NCBI GenBank assembly: GCA_011364965.1
Contig: RDOB01000006.1
Coordinates: forward strand, 64,001-128,000
DNA length: 64,000 nucleotides
Reading direction: 5' to 3'
Source of the DNA: Candidatus Heimdallarchaeota archaeon
GTDB lineage: Archaea > Asgardarchaeota > Heimdallarchaeia > Hodarchaeales > Hodarchaeaceae
Positions 39,164-47,730 of this stretch are shown piece by piece (the first letter of the stretch is position 1; each line of letters opens with the position of its first letter). The position numbers and the translations under genes are program-made. The notes under the pieces are model-generated. The model saw only the letters and a program-made list of their open reading frames with translations, ran no database searches and was not told where the DNA came from.

Positions 39164-40108
39164 TTAGGATTGTTTAAGTTTAAAAAAATAAAGGGGTTTC
39201 TTTTCAATCAATTTTACTCTATCTGGGTATTTCTTTAAGCAGTAATTAGCAAGTTTTTCAAAAGGAGTGCTAAATGTAACTTGAGAAAATTTGAGTAAAT
39301 AAAGGACCCTTAGGGAGGACTCAAAAAGATAGTGGGCTATTGGACTTCCCCTGTATTCTTCTTTGACATGAAGTTGCCAGATTAACGCATTTTCCTCATC
39401 TATACGTATTATAATCTGGGTAGCAATAATATCTCCCCTATGTAAACAAACTAACGAAGCTTCCTTTATTATCCCCTGATTCGGGTAATTTTGTAGTTTG
39501 TTGAGATGAATCATTACTTGATCAATAAAAGTAAATTGTGGGAAAATTAAAGCTTCTATTGTGTTATAATATCCATCCGAAATTAATTTTGCAACGGGAA
39601 GAGCATATTCTTTTCTCCAAGAATCGATCTTATAGGATTGAGGAAGTTTTACTTGGATTTCTCTAAATAATTCCGTATTCGTACTGAATTTGAATCGTAT
39701 AATCGATTCAAACTGCAAATCTTCTAAATGTGTGTTTATATCCATAGCTCCGAGACTCGGGGATAAATATCTTATTATCCTGACATTTAAATCTCTCATA
39801 AAGTCAATAGATGAGTTTAAGAGGAGTTTTACAGTTCTAGGAGATTCATATTCTGGTATAATAAATAATAAATCTATATTTCCTTCTTTATATTTTTCTC
39901 CTTCTGTATGCAAAAACGTGAATCCGATTGGAGTGCTTTTCGGCGAAATAAGGCCGATTACATATGAATTTGGATTCTTAAGTTGCTGAAGTAATTGACT
40001 TGACGCTTTAGAAGCGATTAATCCCAATTTTTTGATAATCGCATGATGATATTGGTCAAGTAGGTCGCCAAAATGCTGTTCCAGAGAAAATTCAATAGTT
40101 GAGAACAT
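39164..40108 (-). CDS. Tandem (double) GNAT-fold acetyltransferase
   Basis: IDLLFIIPEY and IWQLHVKEEYRGSPIAHYL acetyl-CoA-type motifs, one per half. Confidence 0.7.
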   Translation of the reverse strand: MFSTIEFSLEQHFGDLLDQYHHAIIKKLGLIASKASSQLLQQLKNPNSYVIGLISPKSTPIGFTFLHTEGEKYKEGNIDLLFIIPEYESPRTVKLLLNSSIDFMRDLNVRIIRYLSPSLGAMDINTHLEDLQFESIIRFKFSTNTELFREIQVKLPQSYKIDSWRKEYALPVAKLISDGYYNTIEALIFPQFTFIDQVMIHLNKLQNYPNQGIIKEASLVCLHRGDIIATQIIIRIDEENALIWQLHVKEEYRGSPIAHYLFESSLRVLYLLKFSQVTFSTPFEKLANYCLKKYPDRVKLIEKKPLYFFKLKQS

Positions 40109-40226
40109 CAGATTATTTCCTTTGATTTAAGAAATTGGGATTAGGGAAGAAATAGAAAATCAATTCATTATTTAATTAATTTATTTCCGGAATTATCGTT
40201 ATTAATGGTTTCCCTCGGAATTTCTT

Positions 40227-41066
40227 CTATGCCAAATCTAATGGAAATAGTAGATTAATCGTATTTTGAGTTAACCAGGCTCTTCCGTTGAAATAAGCTG
40301 CAATATAGGATATGTAATGAGGGATCAGAGGATAATTTTTCAGTTTTGATAGACAAGTATCCTCTGGTATGCTTATACCAATGGATGCTGTCACTGGATT
40401 GATAATATTGAATTCTAGAAATATTTCCTCTGATTCTAACCATACAAGAAGAGTCGTTAGGAAATTTTTAAGGAAAAAATAATTCCCGAGAAAATTTAAA
40501 CTATTTTGTTTAAAAATTGATGGATTAAAGGGTAGATGGAAGTTAAGATGGATTTGACTAGGATTTGGGGTAATTAATCCATCTTGGATAATCTGTATAA
40601 GAGACGTTGAGTAAATTTCAGGAGGAGAAGTTAATAGTTGAATGAAATCAGATGCTATAAGAGTTGCAACTTTCTGACGTTTGCAGGATTGTATTACTGT
40701 CCTAATCATTTCTGGAGTGTTTTGATTATTTGAAATCAGGTATGATCCTAACTCAATTGTATGCGATGCTGTCCGTAATTCATGAATTATAAGATCCATC
40801 CACGGTTTATTTCTTTCAGAATGGGAGAAATGGGTTGGATTTACAAATATAAGTTTTGGAAAGCCTGAAATTGAAGTTTGAAAGAATGTCAAGTTAGAAT
40901 TTTTGATTGTAGCCACTGGAATTGATGGTGTGGATGGATGATAACCTGAAATCATTGCAAATACCTGAGAATAGTAAAGAACTTCATCGAAATTTGAGGA
41001 AAGAATACATAGTGGATTAAAAGGCAGAGTATCCCACTGACGGAGTCCTGACTCGGAGATGATCAG
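40227..41066 (-). CDS. PAS-like + HisKA + degenerate HATPase protein (histidine pseudo-kinase/phosphotransferase-like)
   Basis: Frame open from CTG at 41066 (after GGAGGTG) through the listed ATG at 40955; PLCILSS..EVLYYSQVFAMISGY (PAS-like), IIHELRT (H-box), SIGISIPED and IAAYFNGRAW...LLFP (CA remnants). Confidence 0.6.
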   Translation of the reverse strand: MIISESGLRQWDTLPFNPLCILSSNFDEVLYYSQVFAMISGYHPSTPSIPVATIKNSNLTFFQTSISGFPKLIFVNPTHFSHSERNKPWMDLIIHELRTASHTIELGSYLISNNQNTPEMIRTVIQSCKRQKVATLIASDFIQLLTSPPEIYSTSLIQIIQDGLITPNPSQIHLNFHLPFNPSIFKQNSLNFLGNYFFLKNFLTTLLVWLESEEIFLEFNIINPVTASIGISIPEDTCLSKLKNYPLIPHYISYIAAYFNGRAWLTQNTINLLFPLDLA

Positions 41067-41273
41067 ACACCTCCCTTTAGGAATTGTGAAGTATCTTGAC
41101 AGATGATATTATTGCAACATCCTATTTGGTTACCCCCATAGGTTTTCAAAAATCCCACTTGATGGAGTCCTGACTCAGAGATAATCAAACACCTCCTTGT
41201 ATGAATTCAGAATTATCTTGACAGATAATATTATTCTTGAATTCTAACCGTTTATTGCCATAGGTTTTTAAAA
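41031..41273. repeat. Diverged tandem duplication, unit about 121 bp, two copies
   Basis: 41031-41151 vs 41152-41273 share ATCCCACT, GGAGTCCTGACTC, ACACCTCC, TATCTTGACAGAT and CCATAGGTTTT in register. Confidence 0.92.
41063..41188 (-). CDS. 41-aa chimeric mini-ORF created by the duplication
   Basis: TTG start after GGAGGTG, overlapping the upstream stop; MIISESGLHQVGFLKTYGGNQIGCCNNIICQDTSQFLKGGV; its stop overlaps the CTG start of the next gene. Confidence 0.55.
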   Translation of the reverse strand: MIISESGLHQVGFLKTYGGNQIGCCNNIICQDTSQFLKGGV

Positions 41274-41517
41274 TTGCCTCACGATTATTAATAGCTTCAA
41301 AATAGAAGTATAAATCGGTAGTTTCCCTTAAAGCAGAGAGAAACGCGGTCAGCTGTGGTTGGATATTGGTAATATCTGTCTTGAAACGGTAATGAATACC
41401 TTTTTTTTTGATATAAAAATCTTTGATGAAAGTAGGTGGGAGGATAGCTAGAAGAATTGCAGCTTCCAGTCTATCGTCCGAAACATTAGTAACTTTTATC
41501 AAGGAGTTGTTCTTCAT
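41185..41517 (-). CDS. Hypothetical small alpha/beta protein
   Basis: 110-aa ORF 10 nt downstream of the peptide gene, in operon position. Confidence 0.6.
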   Translation of the reverse strand: MKNNSLIKVTNVSDDRLEAAILLAILPPTFIKDFYIKKKGIHYRFKTDITNIQPQLTAFLSALRETTDLYFYFEAINNREAILKTYGNKRLEFKNNIICQDNSEFIQGGV

Positions 41518-41527
41518 TTTTGTCCCT

Positions 41528-41677
41528 TTAATTTCCAGTGGGTGGAGGGGGAGGAATCAGTGTAGGGTCAGCTATACCGAGAGTGGTTTGGAGGAGAAAA
41601 AGTGTAACAAGGAACACAATAGGAATTAATTTTTGAAATATAGTCTTTTTATTCCATTTAAATATGGATTCTTTCAT
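41528..41677 (-). CDS. Secreted micropeptide precursor (signal peptide + DPTLIPPPPPTGN)
   Basis: Basic N-region, hydrophobic LIPIVFLVTLFLL core, GIA cleavage-like site, 13-aa Pro-rich tail; likely start ATG 41677. Confidence 0.6.
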   Translation of the reverse strand: MKESIFKWNKKTIFQKLIPIVFLVTLFLLQTTLGIADPTLIPPPPPTGN

Positions 41678-41843
41678 GGATTTTAAAATTAGCAAATTTA
41701 AACTCACCAAATAATATTTCATTTGATGAAAATTCATTTGGTGTTTTTTTTCTAAAATGGGATAGGAAATAAAAATGACAATATCAAAATTTTTTTTTGA
41801 CGTCTAATAGGTTAGATTAAGAGAAAAACATAGGGTTACTCAG

Positions 41844-43286
41844 TTGTCAGAATTAGAATTAAAAGATTTGATTGGAAAATTAGAAGAAGATGGATCTGTT
41901 ACCAATTTCATTCAAGATTTTATGAATTATTGGAGTAAAATCCGACATGGAGCCTCTATTAATGGAAATGTGACAGGATGGAAAGACTGGGATCAAACCA
42001 TGCGAGAACTCCTTCCAATTACCGAGGAACTGCATACAAAATGGAAAAATATTTTCAAAAGAATTGATGGATATATAGACACATTTTCTTCAATTCTTCT
42101 GGAGCTAAAAGGAGGATCAATACTATTTCCAAAACAGATTATTTTTTTTGAATCTGTAAGGGAAGAAGACCTACTTGCACAATTAAAAGCTAATCCTACC
42201 CTTGAAACCCTAGAAATGGTTTTGCTTTCTTTATCTAGTGGTTTTAATCTTAAATTACGTAAGAATGATCTAAGAATTGTTCAAAAAATAGCAAATCCAA
42301 GATTTTCCAAATCTTTAGATCATTTTCCAAAACATAAGGAACTTGCGTATTTCATTAGATCTGATGTTCGGACAGTTTCAAGCAGTCTTTCTTATTTAAT
42401 CCAGAATAATATCCTTTCAACCATTTATCTAATAGATACTGCAAGAATTGGTTATAAAACTTCAGTGTTCTATCATCTAAAATTAGATCAAGAAAAGAGT
42501 ATCTATCCACACATAATCTTATCTTTTCCCTTATCTACCGATAGAAAATTAAATGCAACTGTAGTTCAATACCCCTATAGAGGTACCAAAAAATACTCTG
42601 AGCTTCGTACTTTTTTCAACACAGATCAAATTCAATTAAATAAGGAGTATAGAGGGTGGAATTTTGCTACTCTTACCTCTTATCCTAGCAACCGTTGGAA
42701 TTATCGCCCACCATTAATTCAACCAGGGGGAAGTTGGACTAAAAGGGTTTTATCATCTAATGATGGAATTACTTTCGATTTAAACCCCGAATTTGATCCA
42801 TATGAATTAACATATCGTGAAGCAAGAATATTGGCTTATATCAGTAAATATGGAACCTTTTCTGAAACTGATCTTTCTAAACAGCTCAAAGTAACGAGAA
42901 GTTATATTACTTCTGACTGGAAAGCTCTATTAAGGAGGAAAATCATCTCTAGATTTCCAATTTTTTCTAATTTGGGTTTAGATTCATGGTTTTATATATC
43001 TATAAGAAATTTAACGCTTAACTCTATTTTGACTATGGAGGACATAATTCAACACCTAAAATTTTTCCCCTATTGTAATCTTATTTATAATGATAAGAAA
43101 GGTGATCTCCTCGGTTTAATTTGTCTACCATCGAAATGGGTTAGTTCTTTTATCTTTCAACTTTGCTACCTTCCTAAAATTGTCCCTGGATGCGCCTTTA
43201 ATTATTATATTGGCCCAGATATCCATAATCCATGGGGATTTGACATAGAGGGCACATATAATTGGGAGCTTTCAAAATCCTATTAG
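41844..43286 (+). CDS. Large transcriptional regulator with two wHTH/Lrp-AsnC-like modules
   Basis: LRKNDLRIV...HKELA...VRTVSSSLSYL...IDTARIGY and LTYREARILAYI...ETDLSKQLKVTRSYI...FSNLGL. Confidence 0.7.
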   Translation: MSELELKDLIGKLEEDGSVTNFIQDFMNYWSKIRHGASINGNVTGWKDWDQTMRELLPITEELHTKWKNIFKRIDGYIDTFSSILLELKGGSILFPKQIIFFESVREEDLLAQLKANPTLETLEMVLLSLSSGFNLKLRKNDLRIVQKIANPRFSKSLDHFPKHKELAYFIRSDVRTVSSSLSYLIQNNILSTIYLIDTARIGYKTSVFYHLKLDQEKSIYPHIILSFPLSTDRKLNATVVQYPYRGTKKYSELRTFFNTDQIQLNKEYRGWNFATLTSYPSNRWNYRPPLIQPGGSWTKRVLSSNDGITFDLNPEFDPYELTYREARILAYISKYGTFSETDLSKQLKVTRSYITSDWKALLRRKIISRFPIFSNLGLDSWFYISIRNLTLNSILTMEDIIQHLKFFPYCNLIYNDKKGDLLGLICLPSKWVSSFIFQLCYLPKIVPGCAFNYYIGPDIHNPWGFDIEGTYNWELSKSY

Positions 43287-43350
43287 CTACGAGCTAAAAA
43301 ACTAACTCTATTTCCAAAAGATAAATGAACTTTCTTTTCAGAGAGTACTT

Positions 43351-43680
43351 CTACTCATCGGTTGGTTTTTCAATTATTACAGAAATCTGTTTCCCTGTTA
43401 GTAATGAAGTCACTACTTTTTTTCGTGCAGCATCTAAGATACGCCAAAACGAGCTTCGACTTATTTTCATTCTTTCTGCAGCTTCTTCTTGAGTTAGATT
43501 TTCCTCATCTATTAATTTCAGAGCCTCGAGTTCTGCAGGCGTTAATTGTAATGTACTACCTCCTTCTATATGGTAAAAGTCGCTAGAAATTGCTGGGGTG
43601 ACTCTAGGACGACCTCCACGGAATCCACGTCCGTATCTTCCTCTTCCATGTCCTCCCCGTCCGCGTTTGAGTCTTGGCAT
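43351..43680 (-). CDS. DUF134 family HTH protein with RG-rich N-terminus
   Basis: ELEALKLID..LTQEEAAERMKISRSSFWRILDAARKKV. Confidence 0.9.
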   Translation of the reverse strand: MPRLKRGRGGHGRGRYGRGFRGGRPRVTPAISSDFYHIEGGSTLQLTPAELEALKLIDEENLTQEEAAERMKISRSSFWRILDAARKKVVTSLLTGKQISVIIEKPTDE

Positions 43681-43734
43681 AATTTATCAGTAAGTTATTT
43701 TTTATAATTTTTAAAACTTGGGTTCTTTCCGATA

Positions 43735-44916
43735 TTATTGTTCTTTCATTAGACTATCAAATAAGGCAATTAAGGAAACAATATGCCTGTGTTTGGTCTG
43801 TGGCATGATCACAAAGCGGAGGAAGTCATCTACGATTGAAGTTGTCCAACCTTGCTTCCAAAGAACATCATGAATGTAATTAACTGTGAGAGGTGAATCA
43901 AAGGGGGATTTTATCCCTAGAATATTAAGTGTAGGTTTTACTGGAATAAGAAAACCTCTTTTTCGTAATTCTTTCTCTAAGAAGAGAGTATTTTCGATAC
44001 ATTGGAGGACTGATTTTTGGTAACCTTCAAAATGAAATTTTTGCCATAAAAAAGCAAAAGAAATAGCTGAAGCGCCTGAGCGAGTTCCAGTTAATGTCTT
44101 TTGTTTCGGTATACCAGGTAAATATGGGAGTTTGAATTCGATTGCGCTAGGAAATGATGTATCGCGCCATAGCAATCCTCCTCCACCAGGCGCTACACGT
44201 CCCATTTTATGGATGTCAATGGTCATTGTACTTAATGCTTTCAAATCAAACGAGAGATTATATTTTTGTCTATCTCCTAAAAAAGGGATTATTAAGCCTC
44301 CAAATGCGGCATCAACATGAAAATCAAGGTTATATTTTAAACAGATGTCATTTATCTCTTTTAGAGGATCGATTGAACCTAATGCTGTTGTCCCTGCGAC
44401 TCCAACAAAGGCTAATGTTTTATCGGAAATAGTTTTTTTTGCCTCATGAATGTCGATTTTATATTCTGAATTCAAATTAATTTTTATGAGTTTCAAGCCA
44501 AGAAGATCACAAGCTTTATCGATAGAAATATGAACTGATCGGGGAGCTATAATTTCAGGAGCATAATTTAATTCAAGAAAGTTAGGAAATCTCCGATTTC
44601 TTATTGACCAAAGAGCGGTTATATTTGCTTCCGATCCCCCTGAAATAATTACACCTGTCCCTGTTGGAGGAAGATTGACTAATTTACCTAAAATAGTGAT
44701 TACATACGATTCAATCTCCTTAGTTCCAGAAAAAAGAGCTGGATCTCCTAAATTTCGATGGATATTTTTTGCAAAAAACTCCCGTGCAAGAGGTTCGCTA
44801 TTCATTGAACTTAAAACTTTTCCTGTTTGATACGAAAAGTCCTTTTCCAAGATTTTTGGCAGATTCAAATGCTTATCTGTCGTAGCGATCTGTTTGGGCA
44901 ATGAATTGAACTCCAT
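43735..44916 (-). CDS. mfnA: PLP-dependent tyrosine/aspartate decarboxylase (MfnA-like)
   Basis: VLSSM, NLGDPALF, SGGSEAN, HVDAAFGG, IDIHKM, GTRSG. Confidence 0.85.
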   Translation of the reverse strand: MEFNSLPKQIATTDKHLNLPKILEKDFSYQTGKVLSSMNSEPLAREFFAKNIHRNLGDPALFSGTKEIESYVITILGKLVNLPPTGTGVIISGGSEANITALWSIRNRRFPNFLELNYAPEIIAPRSVHISIDKACDLLGLKLIKINLNSEYKIDIHEAKKTISDKTLAFVGVAGTTALGSIDPLKEINDICLKYNLDFHVDAAFGGLIIPFLGDRQKYNLSFDLKALSTMTIDIHKMGRVAPGGGGLLWRDTSFPSAIEFKLPYLPGIPKQKTLTGTRSGASAISFAFLWQKFHFEGYQKSVLQCIENTLFLEKELRKRGFLIPVKPTLNILGIKSPFDSPLTVNYIHDVLWKQGWTTSIVDDFLRFVIMPQTKHRHIVSLIALFDSLMKEQ

Positions 44917-45242
44917 TCGAGGTTTAACTTAGGTACGAACGATTTTGTTAACAATGTGAAAAATCTTTATGATTTTACTTGTATACACACTATATACTGA
45001 CAAATTTAATTTTAAATATCAATCATTATCTAGGATTCTCCAATAGGGATTTGAAACACAAAAGTTACTGCTATAGAATTTCCTAAATCATTAGTTTAGT
45101 TGTCTTCTTAGAAGTTTCAGGTGAATTCTGAAGATTATAGTATTGATTAAGCTCTATGACAATAATTAGTTCCTTGACAACAACCAGTTTCTTGTTTCAA
45201 CTAGAGTTCAATCCTTTAAATCATCAAAAAAAGTAAATGGGA

Positions 45243-46019
45243 TTAATTAGACTTTCTTTTGACATCTAAAGCAAGTCTAACTAACATTCCTGCAATTATT
45301 ACTCCTGTTGCTAACAGGGCAATAATTACAACATCGTTTTGTCTATTGAACTGCTTTACTGCAATACCTATAAAAGCCCAAACAGGAACGAGAGCATATG
45401 CATAATCTCCTCTTGTAAAAGTAAGAATTAATGCAATTATTGTCGCAACAGTTATTACTAATGCAGTCCAAGTCACTTCATTTATACCAAGTCCATCCCA
45501 GTTGATAGATACGAGTAAAGCTGTAATATTAGCAACTGTGGCAACAGTTATCCAGCCTAAATAAACACTGAAAGGAATTTGAGATGTGATTTTTAATTTC
45601 CGACTTACTTTATCTAATCCGATTTCTAATCGAATATAGATTAGTATTAATGAGGCAAGAAGAATCAGCATTACTATTAATGATTCGAATAATCTCTCAT
45701 AATGCCAAAAAATAATCCAAGCTGAATTCGCAAGATTACTTATGATAAATAATATTGAGACTCTCTTAATAATATATTCATCACTATATTTCGGTACAGC
45801 TTGAAAAATCGTAAAGATAGCTAATAATATGTATATTAGTCCCCAAATGCTGAATACATATCCTGCGGGTACAAATAAGTTGGGAAACGAGTCACTGAGT
45901 TCTGCAGTTGTTTTGCCATTCAATGGAAGGATATTCGCTAAGGAATTCATTACAATAGTTAAAATAAAACTCAATATATTGCCATAAATTAAAAAGGATT
46001 TTTGTTTTATTATTGACAT
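45243..46019 (-). CDS. Tryptophan-rich sensory protein (TspO/MBR-related)
   Basis: PNLFVPAGYVFSIWGLIY, SVYLGWITVATVAN. Confidence 0.8.
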   Translation of the reverse strand: MSIIKQKSFLIYGNILSFILTIVMNSLANILPLNGKTTAELSDSFPNLFVPAGYVFSIWGLIYILLAIFTIFQAVPKYSDEYIIKRVSILFIISNLANSAWIIFWHYERLFESLIVMLILLASLILIYIRLEIGLDKVSRKLKITSQIPFSVYLGWITVATVANITALLVSINWDGLGINEVTWTALVITVATIIALILTFTRGDYAYALVPVWAFIGIAVKQFNRQNDVVIIALLATGVIIAGMLVRLALDVKRKSN

Positions 46020-46458
46020 TTATTTACACCTCGCTTGTATGTTTTCTATGGTAAATTAATTAATCCTATGGGATTCTATTATTTTAAATTTTTTTCAATT
46101 TATCCAAAGTGAAATTAACCCTACAATTTAAATTAACATTACATTGATATTGATTAATTCAATATTTTTTCTATCAAAAATGCTTTTCTCCTCTATGAAT
46201 GTAACTTTACAATCGGAATTTAATGACGAACCATGAAGAGAAATAAATGAAGACTCTTTTTTCTTTCTAATATTCCTTGATGAAGATTTAAACCATAGGT
46301 TATGTTTGTTCTTGATTCACTTTCTTTAATTTTGATATTGTATTTATCTCGGAGTATTTTTTATGGATGTAGTGCTTCTTAAAATCCTTTTCTCTAGGAA
46401 ATTTTATTTTAAAAATATTTAACCTGAAGGTATTTGAATCGTAAATAAGGGATTACTT

Positions 46459-47199
46459 ATGATTATTGAAGATAAAAAAATTTTGATAACAGGTGTGGCA
46501 ATAGGTGGGATTGGCGAGGCAATAATGAGAAAACTTTCGAATCAGAATAATAATATCCTTATTACTAGCCTAAATATGTCAAATGAACGGTTTCCTAATA
46601 TTAAGAATTTTTCAGTAGATTGTACATCTGAAGAAGGAATAAATAAGTTAAAGAAATGGATTCTAACTGAGGTTGGAGCTATCGATGTACTAATAAATGC
46701 TATAGGGGGATCACTAGCGTCTAAAAATATCTTTAAAGTCAGTGCTTCCTTTTTTAATCGTGTTTTAAGTGTGAATTTAACATCTGCTTTTCTCCTATCT
46801 AGAATAGCTCCTGAAATTATGCCTGAAGGAGGAGCTATAGTCCATATTGTTAGTTCTTCAGCATATGAACCATCAATTACGAAAATGCCCTATGGAGTAG
46901 CAAAAGCAGGATTAGTTTACCTAATCCGTTCAATGGCACAAGTATTAGCTCCTAAAATACGAATTAATGGCGTATCCCCTACCTATGTATTTACCAAACG
47001 ACATGAGGAAGAGCTGAAGAAAGAGGCTATAGATACTGGAATTCCAATTGAAGAACTAACCTCTAAACAGATTGCTAAACAACTCCTAAATTATCCATTA
47101 GTACCAGAAGATTTGAATGAGATGATAGAATTTGCAGCAACTACTAAATTAATGACTGGAAAAATCCTAGATGCATCATTGGGGCGAATTTTTTATTAA
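46459..47199 (+). CDS. SDR family oxidoreductase
   Basis: TGVAIGGIG, INAIG, YGVAK catalytic motif, RINGVSP. Confidence 0.85.
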   Translation: MIIEDKKILITGVAIGGIGEAIMRKLSNQNNNILITSLNMSNERFPNIKNFSVDCTSEEGINKLKKWILTEVGAIDVLINAIGGSLASKNIFKVSASFFNRVLSVNLTSAFLLSRIAPEIMPEGGAIVHIVSSSAYEPSITKMPYGVAKAGLVYLIRSMAQVLAPKIRINGVSPTYVFTKRHEEELKKEAIDTGIPIEELTSKQIAKQLLNYPLVPEDLNEMIEFAATTKLMTGKILDASLGRIFY

Positions 47200-47724
47200 A
47201 GTGTGAAAGGATTTTTGGAATTTATTGAGCTTTGGTGAAATCATCACACGACAGTATGTTTGTGTTTTATTCTCATTATAATAATCTTGGTGGTAATCTT
47301 CAGCTGGATAAAAGTCTTTAATTGGTGAAAGCTTAGTCACAATTGGGTTATCCCAGGATTTTAAGTCATTCAGTTCCCTTATTATCTTCTCTGCAATGGT
47401 TTTTTGTATTGGAGTATGGTAGAATATCTCAGATCGATATTGAGTACCTATATCAGGTCCTTGTTGGTTCAATTGAGTTGGATCATGAATAGAAAAGAAG
47501 ATTTCTAATATTTGACTGAAGGATATAATATCTGGATTAAAGGTAATTTGGACGACTTCTGCGTGGCCTGTTTTACCTGAACATACCTCCTCATAAGTTG
47601 GATTTTTTGTAGAACCTCCTGTATATCCGGATTCAATGCTTTCAATCCCATTCACTTGTCGGAATACAGCATCTAAACACCAAAAGCATCCTCCTGCGAG
47701 AGTAGTAATTTCTAACATTCCCAT
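47176..47724 (-). CDS. msrA: Peptide methionine sulfoxide reductase A
   Basis: GGCFWC, SGYTGG, TGHAE, HDPT, QYRS, AEDYHQDY. Confidence 0.96.
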   Translation of the reverse strand: MGMLEITTLAGGCFWCLDAVFRQVNGIESIESGYTGGSTKNPTYEEVCSGKTGHAEVVQITFNPDIISFSQILEIFFSIHDPTQLNQQGPDIGTQYRSEIFYHTPIQKTIAEKIIRELNDLKSWDNPIVTKLSPIKDFYPAEDYHQDYYNENKTQTYCRVMISPKLNKFQKSFHTLIKNSPQ

Positions 47725-47730
47725 GTGTAT

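Noticed and set aside
39164-40108. Tandem GNAT as a LuxI-type autoinducer synthase
   Set aside because: LuxI signature residues (R...F...W, E.D..D) are not recognisable; only the general GNAT fold is supported.
41031-41273. Possible CRISPR-like repeat/spacer
   Set aside because: Only two 121-bp units, homologous along their length and coding; no cas genes.
46020-46458. Long AT-rich intergenic region as ncRNA or pseudogene
   Set aside because: No convincing structure or recognisable protein remnant by eye.
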